From Kudoa neothunni (lineage: Eukaryota > Animalia > Cnidaria), in assembly GCA_964304625.1 (NCBI GenBank), contig OZ199838.1:5219145-5283144 (forward strand): a DNA stretch of 64,000 bases, given 5' to 3'. The notes beneath the pieces were generated by a model. It made no database searches, was not told the DNA's origin, and saw only the letters and a program-made list of their open reading frames with translations. The position numbers were made by a program, and so were the translations under genes. How positions within the stretch are numbered: the stretch's first letter is position 1; each line of letters begins with the position of its first letter. This document shows, piece after piece, positions 13,309 through 27,727 of this stretch.

Positions 13309-13797
13309 TAATAAAAATTTTAATAATTCAATAAAGACTAAGGCGGTTCGCTCCTAGTTATTTCTACAACGGTTTTAGTTTCTGAAATCGTTTTGGTAAA
13401 CAATTTTTCCAATTATCAATGTCAATTTTTTTCATGAGAAAAATATGTAAAAATTTGATTGGTTGAAATTTTATTTTAGACGTTCTTTGTTTAAATATGC
13501 TCTTTAGAACAAAATTTAGAATTATTTTACAATTGAATTAAATTTTATATTTTTAATTGTTTTATTTAAAATTATTTTGTACTGCATTTAAAAACGACTG
13601 TAAATCTTTTACGATAAAATGGTTTCAAACATATAATAAAAGATTTCAAGTCTCAAATTTCAATTTAATTATTTCTATTCTCACAAATAAATACAATGGT
13701 TTCAAGTTTCGAGTCGTCTAATTATGTTCTCAACAAGGAAATAACACGGTTGTATCAGGTAAAACATCTGTCTGAGTCAATACTCATAGGTCTAACA

Positions 13798-14646
13798 TTA
13801 GAAAGAGTTTCACCAATCCTTTCTAAATGATCTGAAATCACACCGGGATTAATAAAATTTGTAATTTCACAAAATGCGAACAATATTTTGTTCCGTTTAG
13901 TCTGGACACGTACTTTATCAAATTGTTTGAATTTATCTAAGCTTCGGAAGGTTCATAGTTTTGGCTTTGATTATTCAGCCCAATGAAATTAACTGCGTCC
14001 TTTAGCTCCAAATTTAGCATTTTGTAGAAAATATTATTTATACAAATGTTTAAATTGAAGCTTAAAGACATAAATATAGCGGACCAAATGGTGCGTAATT
14101 CAAAGCTACGTTTGATAAATTTCATTTTTAAAATTTCTGAAATGGTTCCATCAATACACGAGAAATCCTCAATTGTATTGGTGAGTATGAACTTATATTT
14201 ATTGGATTTTGCTCTTTTATTCGAAAGACTAACAAAATAGCTCAAAATACCCGACACAATTCCTGTAATACTAAATACAAAATTTGTTCCCTGTTAAAAC
14301 ACGACATTCAAACATATTTGTTGTCCTTTACTATTTTAAAGCGCGTTTACTTATTTAAAAGACTGTATTAATTAATAATAAAATCTAATTTACATTAATT
14401 AAAAAATAACTTGTCAAAAACCGAACCAATCTTAACCCCAAACCGTATGCAGCACCCTTTGGGGTCCGGGAACTCACAATCGGGAAGCCTTGCTGTACAC
14501 AGATTCAATTTTATAGAATCTGCCGTGTCCAATAATTTTTGGCCAATTTCTGTCATTCTTAGGTGCAGAAAATAACCAACTATGATCAATAATTCCGACA
14601 GGTAAATTAAATTGATGCAAAATAATAGTGAATTTCTACTTCTCAA
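13798..14646 (-). CDS. Hypothetical multi-exon protein (boundaries uncertain)
   Basis: ORFs 14395-14646 and 13937-14257 plus a further open frame to 13798 can be joined by short introns. Lies head-to-head with POLR2K. No family recognised. Confidence 0.4.
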
Positions 14647-14779
14647 TTATTTATTATCATTTCATGATATATCGTTTCTATATTTAATCACGTAAAATAA
14701 TATTATATAAAAAATTTTCAAATAAATATAGATTCATCAACATTAATTTACGCCGAAACGCGCGCGCAACACCAAGCAA

Positions 14780-15054
14780 ATGGAGTCCGCAGAACGCCCT
14801 ACCACTTCCGCTTCTCAAAAACTACTTTACGTTTGTGGAGGTAAACTAAAATATAAATTTTCTTCAATAACCGATCAACTTAATTAAAAAGAATGCGGCG
14901 CTGAAAGTAACATCAACCCAAGAGATCCCATTAAGTGTAATTCATGCGGATATCGAATTCTTTACAAGAAAAGAACCAGAAAAGGTAATTATCACATCTT
15001 ATCTAATGTTCACATACAATTTTATATTTAGTTATTGTATTTGACGCGAGATAA
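14780..15054 (+). CDS. POLR2K: RNA polymerases I/II/III shared subunit RPABC4 (RPB12), 3 exons
   Basis: Spliced product [58 protein letters not shown], a CxxC...CxxC zinc ribbon with the canonical C-terminus. Introns at 14841-14891 and about 14985-15031. Missed by the ORF track. Confidence 0.97.
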
Positions 15055-15114
15055 ATTGCTCGGACGTATACTACTGTACAAAAACACTACATTTTAGAAT
15101 TATTGTTTTGATGG

Positions 15115-17670
15115 TTAAAAAATATTTTCATCGCCTTTATTTAATGCTTCGAATAAATCATCTAATTGATCAATGTCATCGTCATCGTTGTTGTCAGATG
15201 ATTGTGTTGTTTGGGTGGTGGTAGTTGTGAGGGGAGTGGTGCCAAAAGCTGATTTGTCCCATTCATCAGGCAGCCATAGTTCATCACTTTTCGATTTGCG
15301 AACTTTTTTCCGTTTAACAATGTCTTGAGGTTTATCACTGATAGTAGGAATATTTTCTAAAATTTTCATATATTATAATAATAAATATCGCCAGATGGTA
15401 TCAATCAAGTAGAGAATACCCCCAATTTTAGAAACTAACGGATTTTTGGCGTTAATACCATTCCATGCCTCCCACAAATATTTGGAAAATGCGCTCTTCT
15501 TTAGAAGAAGTTTCAATTCTTTAGGTGGGACAAAATTGGAATCATGATTAACTACAGGTGACGCTGGTAACTGTTTGCTGCCGTCACTTGATGTGGTGCT
15601 TCTCGTATAGTCGAGTAGCAACAAATTGGTTTGTAAGATAACATTTTTGTTGGGCTCGGGGATATCATCTGGATTACCCATACTACAATCAGCTACAGAG
15701 TCGAAGTAGTTATTCCAAGCATCCTCATCTAGAATATCAATATTCGACGTAGTTACATCATTAAGTTGATCTCTCTCATAAAGATGCTGAGTAAATATAT
15801 CTCCGGCCAAATTGGAAGAAAATAAAGTTGTCCTCTCGGCTAAATGTCTGATATTTTTTGGATTCGGTGGGCAACCACCGCACACTCCGACGATTGGCAA
15901 ATGCAATCGTTCATACACAGGTGGGCTGAATTGTCTAGTTAATTTTTTGTGACCAACACGAAATAGACAATCCAGATTTTCCATCATAAAGGGATAGAAA
16001 TCACTCTTCAATGATTCTGAACACGTTACCTTAACATTTGACTCTTCAACTAAATTTCTACAAGCACTCAACGTATAGCACATTCTTTGATTAGGGAAGA
16101 CAGAAGACATAATCAACCGATGTTTATTATCGCGATTGACGTTCATTATATTATTAGGCATGGAGTTTAAATGGTGTTTCCAGGACAGAACCGGTAAGTC
16201 AGGTTGTCGGATATCGATCAAATGAAGTCTGTGCGAAGAGGCTACTGCAAAATAATAACCTCCTGACCAAGAGCCATCTTCATGAGGGTTGGGATAAATA
16301 AGTGGAGAAATACATGGAAGAAACGTCTCATTAGTGAGTTTGGTAATCGCCTTTAGAATTTCTGTGTTTTCATTGTTTGTACCCTAGGAACAATTGTGAT
16401 GAACTCTCAAATGAAAATTCACACGAGCCTACTTACTCTATAGTCAACAATTGTGAGTTTATCTTTATTTAATGTGATTAACGAAAATGGGTCTTGTGTG
16501 GGTATAGCCTTTAGCCAATTTAATTCAATATCCCCACAATTAACTTTAGAAACAAAACTAGCTGTCGTAATATCAAATAAATGTATTTCATTCCCATCGC
16601 ATCCAACAGTCAGAAAATTATTGATGAAAGGATTAATCTGGCTAAAATTGGTCAGTTGATCAAATTGGAGTATGCTTGTTTTTTTGGACTTCATTTTTGA
16701 ACTCTAACAAACATTAGTAATCATTCTAATTTTCAAATTAGCCCAACGATTTTAGTACAATTCTATATAGTTGAAGTTGATATGCACCTCTTGCAGCTAT
16801 AGTATTATTGGATATTGATATCTAAAAATACAAGCACGTTTTATAAAATATAAAATTAGCGAGAAGTAAAAGTCTGAACCTCATTAATTTCAAAATCATT
16901 ACAAACCGAATTCACTACTTCAATTCTATTGTTTTCTTCGTAATATTTATATAATGTCAAATTCTGCCGGATTTCACCATTTGCACCAATCAAGTAGAAA
17001 CCATTATCGTCTTCTTTTGTAAAACTCTGAATTGTGTTGCCGTAGTTATGTATTTGATCGAGGTCGGTTTGGTGAGTTAGCTCCTCAGTTATCAATTCTT
17101 CCAACAATGGTCTAGGAATATCACACAGCAAATCTTTGTATCCATGGAAGCTCATTATTTTTGGACAGTTCCATTTTATACAACCAAACGATTTTAGATA
17201 GTTATTGTATCGAAATCTATCCGAAAATAAGAATCAATCATCTAGCCGATCAATTCTTAATACTTTTTGCCAAAACGAAGAATTTTTTTATACTGCTGAT
17301 CATCCATTAACATATAAGTAGATGAGAGGAGCTGTTCTTTTGTAAGTATCCTTTGTAGCAATGAATCAAATTGATTTCTTGCTATACTCAAGGCAGTGTT
17401 TTTAAGCGAACCGGTTTTGTAGGGTGACGCAAAATAACGCAATTTCAAATAATTCATATTATTAGACCAAGATTCATTTACATAAACTGGTACTGGTTTT
17501 GACGAATGAAACAACTTTTCGGCGGGATTTTCTCCTTCACCTAATACATGTTTTGCTAGCGGATTGTAGAAATTAGATTTAATTCTTTTTGAATGATCAC
17601 TAACTAAATCGCTATCTAAGTTGAGATAACTTTGGAATCTTCCAAGATCCCACTCCCGTATCTCGTCCAT
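15115..17670 (-). CDS. TAF1C: TBP-associated factor RNA polymerase I subunit C (SL1 complex), multi-exon
   Basis: LIDIRQPDLPVLSWKHHLNSMP (cf. LLDERLPLVPMLKWNHGLPSP), LFSSNLAGDIFTQHL (cf. LFQLSAAGDVFYQQL) and IAARGAYQLQLY. ORFs 17257-17670, 16856-17155, 16419-16694, 15373-16221 and 15115-15369 are joined by short introns. Confidence 0.75.
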
Positions 17671-17719
17671 ATGCTAATAGACGCGCTTGCGCATCTTTTC
17701 ACGCACGTTACACTTTACA
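17671..17719. promoter_or_regulatory. Minimal bidirectional promoter between TAF1C and SNRPF with an NRF1-like motif
   Basis: Only 49 bp separate the divergent ATGs. Contains ACGCGCTTGCGCA (17681-17693) and CACGCACG. Confidence 0.6.
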
Positions 17720-18162
17720 ATGGTGCAAGTATAAATTTCAACTTCATAACACTGTGTGTATAATTTCGTTTGTGGTAGGACTTAGAACCTATCAATCCAA
17801 AACCTTTTTTGCAATCAATCACTGGTCAAACAGTTCTTGTAAAACTCAAATGGGGAACCGAATACAAAGGTTTCCTAGTGTCCACTGACAACTATATGAA
17901 TGTACAGGTAATCACTTATATATTGTCAATCAGAATTGATTGGTCATTTGTTGTATAGTTGATGAATGCTGAAGAATATGTGGATGGCAATTTTACTGGG
18001 AATCTTGGTGAAATTCTTATACGGTAATTTTTACATTTCGCTTAAATGCAAGATCATTCGAATTGCTTAATTTTCTTTAGATGCAACAATATTCTGTATA
18101 TTAAAGAAATTCCTCAGGAAAATGCGGATGAAAATCTTGTTGATATGGCCGAATCAAGCTGA
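17720..18162 (+). CDS. SNRPF: Small nuclear ribonucleoprotein F (SmF), 4 exons
   Basis: Spliced product [75 protein letters not shown]..., with Sm1 and Sm2 motifs. The first coding exon is ATG only. Missed by the ORF track. Confidence 0.96.
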
Positions 18163-19149
18163 ACTAAATAATTAATTTATGTATGCTACCGAAAAATACA
18201 TCAACTTCTTTAATTTCTGATCATACGTGTTTGACATGAAAAAATTGTTCCGGATGAATTTTTTAGTATCGCGTCTGCTTAGTTCGTTCTGATTATAATT
18301 TGACTTTATTTACGTATGTATCTCCTGTTTTAAATTTTATTGGCACGCAATTTTTGTTATAAAGAAAGTAGCTGACTTTACTCTGATGTTGGTTAAAAAT
18401 ATGACAACAAAGTAGTATCACATTGAAAATGTCTATGTTCCGAAAGAGTGTTCGCTGACAATTTTATCGAAGTTATAAGGTAGAGCTTTAATAAATACAT
18501 AAAACTCTGAGTAATTAAGTGGGTGTTAAACACTCATCTTTTAAAATAAGCGACAATATTTGTTTCAGTCATATCTCAATTAGTTGTGCGAAAAAGAGGA
18601 ACAAACACAGATCAATTGTCTAGGTTTAGAAATTTATAGCATTGGATTTTTATTTATTTGTGATTTCATAGCGATTTTACGATTGTGAAATTGAAGTTGG
18701 TGTAAAATTTAAAATCAGTATTCAGGCGAACCTCCTTTTTATGAGCATCGCGCTATTGAAAGATTTTTTAATTTAATTTTAAATTGATCCGAATTCTGAA
18801 TACAAAAAACTTCGATTAAGCGAGAATTAAGCCATTGCAATGAGAAAAAACTTCCCGAGTGAATTTTTGGACATTAACTTAAACTAAAATTTTGATTAAC
18901 GATTAACGTCTGGTTAAAGTGTTTTGTGACATCATTTTTATGATAAATTTGTCATTTATGTTTCATTTTATCAATAGAAACAAGGTAAAATAAATAATAT
19001 AATATCTTTGGTTCAGAATGCAACCTTGTTAATTGTGGTAAGTTAATGTTTGAGAGTAAGAAAAATAACCATTCTTTATGAATCATTTAATATAAAAAAT
19101 AATTGAATTTATGAAGTTTTCGAATCAAGGTCTATCAGTGACTTTATTA

Positions 19150-20480
19150 GACCAATTTACCTATTAAGCTGGTTCAATCATCACACTTCGCTGTTTCCCC
19201 GCGTTATTCCTAAGTTCGAAATGTATTTTTTTATCCATTCAAATAATAGTAAATGATGAGAATAGAACCTATTTTAAATAACGAGAAAATATAACAGATT
19301 GTAATGGAAAATTCCGAGAAGCAATTTTGCATTTGTATTTTCATCCTTTAATGTACCGAAAATCAACTACATTCCGATGGACCTTGGGGCAGAAAACTAC
19401 CCCACGTTTTTAAATTATCATTTGTTACAACAAAGTTTCGTAAGAAGAAATATTGAAAATTTTAGCGGATATAAAAAAAGAATAATGTGTTACAACGTAA
19501 ATAAATTCATCAATAATCTCGATAATCCTACGAATACCACTTTCGGCAACAGCCGTTGCATTAGCTCTTAACTCTGATTTCCATGTACTGTATGTATTTC
19601 TAATCAAAGCTTTTAAATTTAAAATATTAACCTACATCACATCTTACCCCATGTATTTTTCCATAAATAAACCGCTTTTAATGTAAACAACATCAATCAA
19701 TATTTATTAGATGGTTCTTGCACTAATATGTATTGAACATTGCGCTCACCACGCTGTCTTTTATCCAAATTTCTTTGACAGAATTCACATGTTGATATTC
19801 TAACTGGGGAACTTTGTCTACAAAATATTCTTGGGATAGAAATTTAAGGCGGTTTAAGATTTTTGGTTGTCATTTTTCTGTACATTTGTAGGCCAAGTAG
19901 TAATTTCGCCATTATTTTAAGAGCTTACTCCGGAGAACATCATCAAAAAGTCGTTAGTACATAGGATCACGTAATTTATTTACAACTTTTAAGCGCTATG
20001 GCGTGGAATCTAGACTATAGAAAATCCTATAACTCATCGTTTATGCTAAAAATTATTTCCTCTTTAATTTTCGCAAACAAAAATAGGAGGTATTTTTCTA
20101 CCATAAATACTTTGGAAGGTGAAAAATGTATATTCCTGGCAATACCATGGTTAAAAAATTTTATTTTATTTGTAAATAACACTATTTTAAAGGAATATAG
20201 GTAATCTCGGGAAGTTTGAAATTGCAAATAATGAATTGTCGAAAAACAAGATCTCGCTGGAGTAGTTTTCTAACCCAGATCCATTAAAGGGTTAATCATT
20301 TTTAAAATAGTTGTACAACTAATAATGTTCAAATAAAAAATAAATTATTAATTTAGTAATAATAACTCATTTACTGGATAACAACAATTTTCATTTTAAT
20401 CTGAAGAGTTTAAAATTTTTGATGCGGGGACCATATAAAAACTGACTCTCTTCGCTGCTTGATTTTTAAGTAGAATTTTG
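19150..20480 (-). pseudogene. Possible heavily decayed Helitron Rep(-helicase) coding remnant
   Basis: Minus-strand fragments appear in the expected order: DPMY*RLF...NYYLAY...ILNRLKFLSQEYFVD, KSELRAN, G.VFLP and LFSSFT (cf. Helitron DPxxYPLLF...GRLFQQYxVD...QxxLRA...LFITFT). Many stops. Confidence 0.3.
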
Positions 20481-20643
20481 TCAAGATTAATTGCATAAAC
20501 GTAAACTTTTCTTTTATAATTTTATATTTCTTCTTACGTACTATTATTAAATATTTTATATACTCAAATTAATGCTTTGTTTCATAGTGTTTACGACTAT
20601 TGAATTCATTGAACGCTGTGATGGCGTTGTCGCGTATAAAATA

Positions 20644-21692
20644 CTAGCGCGAACTGCCCAGCGTTGCTTAGGAGAGATTTCGCCTAGAGACGATTTTTAA
20701 TAGCATTCAAAAAATACATTGACGATTTGGATTAACGAAATTTAAATTATGATCATTTATGTGAGAGTATCAATCCCAGCGTTCATTAAAAAATTTCGTG
20801 TCCCAGAAACAACGCTAAATAATTTATTGTCAATGTCGTATTTTTTGCATTCCCGAATTATTTAAATCCAGTTAAGATATTACCCTAAACGTTATTTTTT
20901 GGGCCGGATCGGAAAATTTGTGCACCGTTGTTTACGGGCGACAAATGAATAGAAAAAGATAGAGATAGGAGAAAATAGACGGAAATTAATTTGTATTGCT
21001 CAAATTAATATCTCTTGGCGAAGCATAAACTTTAATGCACTTTTTCACAAACAAACAGCTAAAAATCGCGTCAGTATAAACATAAATAATTTATATAATT
21101 ATATGAAGTAAGAGTACAATCAGCTGCATCGAATTTAATCACTGAAAGTTCAACATAGCGGACGATTTCAACGAAATCCACGGATCCAACGCTTGCATTA
21201 TAATGTTTCAATCTGTCCTAGTATAGCATGCTCTACCACTTCTCTATTGATGATGCAAATATAGATTTTTTATCATATTTAAAACCATTAATATAACCTT
21301 CAAAATGTGTTTATCATGTCAAATACGTTAAAACTCCACGAATAAGGAGTGTATTTGCGCGAAAACCTAAATTTACACATTAAATTTACATACAAAGTCA
21401 GATAGAAGCATTTAATCAAGATTTGATAGAACATATAAAGGGGAAAATTAATTTCAACCGGCCATGGGCAGGTCATAAGCAGGTGTTAATCAAATCGTTG
21501 AACCTAAGTAATCCGATAAACAAACTTTGAATCAATAAAATCACCATTTTCTAAACACTTTTGGTAACATTTGGCAATGTGAAAACGATTTAAAGATTTT
21601 TGAAACATTGTGATTTTTAAAAAATTTCATAAATGTCTCTCTATAAGGAAAAAATGGTGACACACGCACTACAACTTTATATATATAGTAGA
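20644..21692 (-). mobile_element. Non-autonomous Helitron, copy 1
   Basis: On the minus strand: A|TCTACTATATATATAAAGTTG..., a hairpin CCTAAGCAACGCTGGG, then ...CTAG|T. Colinear with 36626-37774 over about 1 kb. Confidence 0.85.
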
Positions 21693-22493
21693 TAAAATAG
21701 ATATTGCTTTGTTGTATAATTTTTTTGAAAAGGTAACATAACCCCTACATTTGTTTAAAAGTTCTGCATTAAAGGTTTGCTTTTCGTTTTCTTCCGCGGT
21801 TCGACATTTCATCTCTGATATTTAAATTATATAACGCATACTAACCAATTTAGCTGTTTGAGCGCAGATGGTAACCAACTTTATTACATAACGTGCCACG
21901 CCTGTAACGATGTTATGATTAATTGGCTTACTATACTTATAATTGTTTTAAAAATAAATTGTTAAATATAATGATATATTCATCTCAAAAAATAGTTTTG
22001 TCTTAAGAATTACGAGAATGCGGGTTGTTCTCAGTTTTTAATTAATCATAAACATTTTTTCATTATAAGTGAATTTAAATTAATCATGTGATACGACAAT
22101 TTTGATAAAAGGTGTACCTTAAAATGTTAAAATAATTTAGTAAAACAATCGTGTATTTTGTAAGTATGAGCGCCGAAGGCCGTAGTTTGGAGACCCTTAT
22201 TCACGATGAGCAGATCTGAATATGTATTAAAGAATATATGGTTAGTTGAATAAAATAATAAAAAAAGTAGTTACTAAAGTGCTGAATCAATATTTCGGAT
22301 ATTTTAATGTTTGTTATTTTATGTTCCTGAATTATGACATGCAAAAATTCACCCTTCCCGTACCGAACTCAAAAAAATTCCTTGTGTGCCCATGGAGTCT
22401 CTGAGAGACCCCGGTAGAAATCAATTTAGAAATTATTTTCTTATTATTTAAACAACTCAAAACAACCTAAAACATATTTCCAAGATATTTTAA

Positions 22494-23246
22494 CCCATCT
22501 GCACTTAATATATTATTGTGCATAATCGGCCAAGAAACCCGATTAATCGATTGGTATTCTGCAATTTAAACATCAACCTACGCCCAAATAAATCAGGCAT
22601 AAAATTTTTTTATCGATATTATATAGTTACAAGTATAAAAAAAGTCTAATTTCGAATAAAACTTCTAAATTTATAGCGAGGAACACACAGAAACCTATCA
22701 ACACATCAAAAATTCGAGTAACAACGTCACGGGAGGTCATCCTCAGGTTATGACAACGCCTTTATTTCAAAATCAGGCTTTTACTCCATGTTTTTAATTA
22801 AACTTCCCTCAAAACCCATTTCGTGATTTAATCAAGTTTAAACATAATTACGTTAAAACTCTCAACTCTACAACGAAACAACATTCATCAGACCACGGTT
22901 GTTATGTATTAATCTTCGTTAATCCTTATCTCATAATTTAAATTTGAAAATATCTAGCCTAAATTAAAATTATTGAGATATATTTGATTTAAATATTCCA
23001 AAAAATATAAATGGACATTTTGCAGTCGCAAAAATGACTATTATGAACGAAATCATCTGACCAATTAAAAATTTGAAGCCATACTTCTGTTAAAGTTAAA
23101 TATAAATTAAAATTTTCACGTACTGATGTGCTAAATTAATTAGGAAGCATTCATGAAATTTCAATGGAATAAATTGCGTTTGTTAGGAATTGGGAAGAAA
23201 TTATCTTATTTGGGGTACCAAATATATCCCGCCAGGTACCGGAAAG
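22494..23246. mobile_element. Possible degenerate piggyBac-type MITE
   Basis: Right end GGGGTACCAAATATATCCC...GTACCGGAAAGG-TTAA resembles the 27728 element end. The candidate left end TTAA-CCCATCTGCAC matches only weakly. Confidence 0.3.
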
Positions 23247-25328
23247 GTTAATTTGAATATTTTATGTTTATTGTTCAATCATATAAAAGAAAAATCCTAT
23301 TTTACCAATAATTAAATAAAATTTTAGAATTATCTTTCATTAGAGTTAATTAAGTTATAATCATATATATGTATATATATATATTTTGTTGTTTCATAAA
23401 AGATTTTAATTTAATAATACTCAAACCTGTTTACAATAAAATCACAATAAACAGTCTCTATTCTTTTGAACAAACATTACAACTGTAAATAAAGAAACAA
23501 AACCTAAAATTTTAACATGAATTTCTTTGAATTTAAAAAAATTATCTCCCATAATTTTACTAAAAAATAATAAATATATAATGTTTAAAAAGGATATACG
23601 CATAAAAATTAAAACAAAATTGAATAAAATACATTCTAAGATTTATTTAAGATGTGGCTATCGCAACAGATCGTAATATACAGGTGAGTGTAGCTTTGAC
23701 TGTAATTACTTACTTTTGACAATTAACAACGGTAGCGATTTATTCAGAACAATTTAATACAGCAGATTCTTAAATTTAAGCTTTATACATCGAGTAAAAA
23801 TAGGAGTTTCTTTATTTTAAAACTGGGTCTGTGCAAGCGTAGACTCTATTTAGAATTAAAAATATCAGTTACAATAGCCACTGCCTGTGCTTTAAGGGTT
23901 ACAAAAATTACATTTTTGTTTGAATATTGATTTATCATTTCAATATAAAACTCCACCTGTTCAATAAATTGTTATTTACCTCTCTTTGATGGATTTATAG
24001 TTTTTAATGCTCTTGATAGTGTTTTTGAAAATTCTATTCGTAATGATCCATAATTTAATAGGTAGAGTTAAAATCGCATAAAAAACCTAATAATTCATCC
24101 TATTGCTATCAAATTTTAAATGAATATAATATCTAAAATTTTTCATGAAAATGACATTCTGCTTCTTCAATAATTTTTATATGAAAACTTAAAGTTGCGT
24201 AAAATAACATGAATATTATAAAGAAGGTACGATGGAAATATTCAGTATACAAATATAATCGTATTAGTCGGAAAAATTAGAATATATTTCTTTTTAAATA
24301 TTTGTTCAAAGACCTAGAAATATATCAATTAATCAATATGTAATTGAAATGATATTACATGCCATAATCTGGATTGAATGAAACGTGTCTACACATAAAT
24401 ATAGAAAGAATAATCTTTTATTCAGTTTGATGAATTATTCGGAGTGTATTTATCTAGATTTAAATAGAAAAATTAGAGAAACCTTAGTGAATGGGTTTAA
24501 TGCATAATTAAACATCCAACTAAATGAAATGAAGAAAATGAATAGGTTTAATGTCTCATTCAAATAGTTTAAATAGACATCTCAACAAAAAAGGGTGGAA
24601 TTAATTTAAAATTATTTAAATTATAAATCCGGTTTTAAACCCCTGTCATTCAGATTAGAATTAAGTCTATTAATCATTGAGACCTTATCAAATATAATCT
24701 GCTTAATATACACAACCGTTACAATACAACGAATACAGTCATTCTAGAACATATTTTGATCAGGGATACTTTAAATATTTAAAATAGATTGATCTATTTG
24801 AAGTGTGAAATCAGAAGCTATTGACGGTCTGGGTTAGAGATTTGTAGCCTAATCATATAAATATTCATTAACAGGTTTGCCGATTTGGGTAGGTTAACCG
24901 TCGTATTTTTATTTGATTGCGGTTGTATATTTTCTGTATCTGGATAAGTAACAAAAAATCATTTATCCCAATCAAACCCTCAAATATAGTCCTACCAGAA
25001 TAAATTAATTGAATAAATCAATTTAAGTATTATATATTAATTACCCAATCGACTCTCTAATCACTAATTTGATGTGAATTTTAAGCAAAAACTAGTCAAA
25101 TGCAAAATTATACCACGTCAATATTAGTGGATAACCATCTCTCTTATACTAATCCTACTCGACCTGAATAAAAATGTGTATTATAGAAATTAGCAACTAT
25201 CGGATTAGATCATTTGTTGAAGAAGTTGCTGCAAAATACAACGGTGTCGGCCGATGTTGTTGATTGATTGGATCAATACTTGATTTTACTACGTCTATAT
25301 ATTAAATTTTTATTTTTCAACTAAACAA

Positions 25329-27541
25329 ATGTCGGAAAATAGTTCCTCAAGGGACCGATCAAATTCTGTAAAAATATTCACAAGTTTCCACAACTATTAT
25401 GAACTGCTGGACACAAGAGCATCTGGAAGTTTTGCCACTGTCAAAATTGGACGTTATTCTATCACAGGCGAGAAAGTTGCTGTAAAAATAGTCAACAAAA
25501 CCAAATTGGATAAAGTTGCAATAAGTCATTTGACTTCGGAAACCAGCTGTTTACGTCTAATTCAACATCCCAATGTGGTAAAATTGTACGATCTTTATGA
25601 GAGCAAATCTAAGCTGTATTTGGTGATGGAATTGGGTGATGGCGATCTCTACCAGCACATTATGAGTCATTATAAAGATTTGGGAATGCCTGAAGATTCG
25701 GTTAGATTCTTTTTTCGACAGATTGTATCCGCCCTTGACTACTGCCATAAAATCCAAATTGTTCATCGCGATTTAAAACCTCAAAACATTATTATTTTCA
25801 AATCTACAAACGTTGTCAAATTGGCTGATTTTGGATTCTCAAGGGTGTGTGCACCTGAGCACTATCTTCACACAACTTGTGGTTCTTTGCCGTACACTGC
25901 CCCCGAAGTTTTCCTTGACGAATCATACGACCCTCGAAAATCAGGTATGTAGAATTGAGTAGAATTAGATATTCATTTTGCTCAATGATCTCTATTTATA
26001 ATATAGATATTTGGAGTGTTGCTGTGATTTTATTCATTATGCTAACTGGCCAAGTTCCTTTCGATCATGTCAACCAAAGTGAAATGCTAACAATGGTTTT
26101 GGATTGTAACTACAATCTACCTTCATTTATATCTCAGGAAGCTAAAGAGTATCAAATTAGTGGCTGAAGTGTTATTTATTTATAAATTTTTCCTCGGATA
26201 ATTTAGATTGATTTCACAGCTACTGAAACGAAACCCCCAAGAACGTCTCTCACTGGCGGCAATTTTTATGACTTCATTCTACAAAGATGATTCGGAAGAA
26301 TTGGATGCGCTAGAAGGAAAAATAATACTCATCAGTAAAGTGTTACATCGTTATGTTGTATCGGAAATTATTCAAAATAAAATTGCCACCTATGCGGAAG
26401 TGTTACAGTAATTTCTCTTTCAAAAATCCCTCATTATAGCTAGGATTGTTTTGACATGTAATTGTTATAGATCTCTGTTGAATAAGAGATGTGATTTCGT
26501 TTCTGCAGCATACCATCTTATTGCTAATGATGCATTTAAAAAGGCTAGCAGTCCAGATACAGTCAACTATGTATTGGTAGTTGACGAAGCTGTCATTCAA
26601 CAGTATGACTGCAGTTCAAACGGGATTGATGTCTAAACTAAAATTATCCATTTTAGAGATTACCAGTCATTAAATGTCCATCATCCCAAATCCAATATTG
26701 AAATCGATCTTATAACTAATGAAGATGTTTCCTCAAAAGAAAATATATTACGCGAAATTTCTTTATCGATGGGAAGATGTCTCATTGTGCTGCACGCCTC
26801 TACATAAATCGCATTCGCTGAGACAACCACGAAAAAAGAAAACGCCCTACGTGGTAGCCATTATAATTTGAGTTGTCTAACTCTAACTTATTCTAATCAT
26901 CTCATTTAGGAGATACACCAAAATAGTGGATTATCCAACCAACTCGATCCTCATAACAATGGAAATAACGGTGGAATGCTGGGATCAAATACAATATCGG
27001 GTGTTAGGCCCGTCCGATCGATTCAAATGAGAAATCTTCCCCAAAAATCTTTGTCTAAAGGTCGATTTCGCCGATCAAATTCACCAGGACTACAATCTCT
27101 TAGTGAATTGGCTCAATCTGAGCAATCAGTTGAACATCCCGGCCCTAAATGTCATGTAAATTTAATGAGTTATTAGTTTTTCTAATGGTCTTGTTAGCTG
27201 AAAACTGCTTCTATCTCATGTTTAACCAATACAAAAATAAACATATGTATGTGATATCACGTAAAGGTGTTATATTTGAATTGTGTATATTTTTAGATTC
27301 TAATTCAAACTCGACCACAATACCCTCAGAGAAATCTTCCAATAAACCTCCTAAGCCATGTATTAACATTCCATCAATAGATGGTGACTCCGATCTAGTC
27401 GATAGCAGTGATACCAATAGTCAAACTGCACCCTCCACCAATTCTGATATTGGAGAAACCATCAATGGTCGTTTATCTCCGCTGATTGATGAGAGTGTCG
27501 TATGTAGAACCAAATCATTTAATAATAAATCCAAAAAATAG
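25329..27541 (+). CDS. SNRK: SNF-related Ser/Thr kinase (AMPK family), multi-exon
   Basis: TGEKVAVKIVNKTKLD, HRDLKPQN, DFGFS, LHTTCGSLPYTAPE, DIWSVAVILFIML, SEMLTMVLDCNY (SNRK: SETLTMIMDCKY), and a UBA-like segment (SLLNKRCDFVSAAYHLIA) followed by a Ser-rich tail. Confidence 0.88.
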
Positions 27542-27727
27542 ATTCATAGATTTTTTTGGATCAAAGAAATAATTTTGTATCAAAAAATTGACCAAAAAGT
27601 TTAGTTAAATTGTATAATTATATGTTTTATATTATTTGATTTTCGATTATAGTCGCGTACTAAATATTCTAACAACATTTATTTTTCATTATGTTATACA
27701 ATTTCAGATCTTAATTTATCTCATTAA

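Noticed and set aside
18400-18900. Exon-like segments, including ENVYVPKECS, faintly like RPS21
   Set aside because: In-frame stops and no further similarity; no coherent gene model.
27529-27561. 10-bp hairpin around the SNRK stop codon (terminator-like)
   Set aside because: Mostly an A/T-run stem, likely chance in AT-rich eukaryotic DNA.
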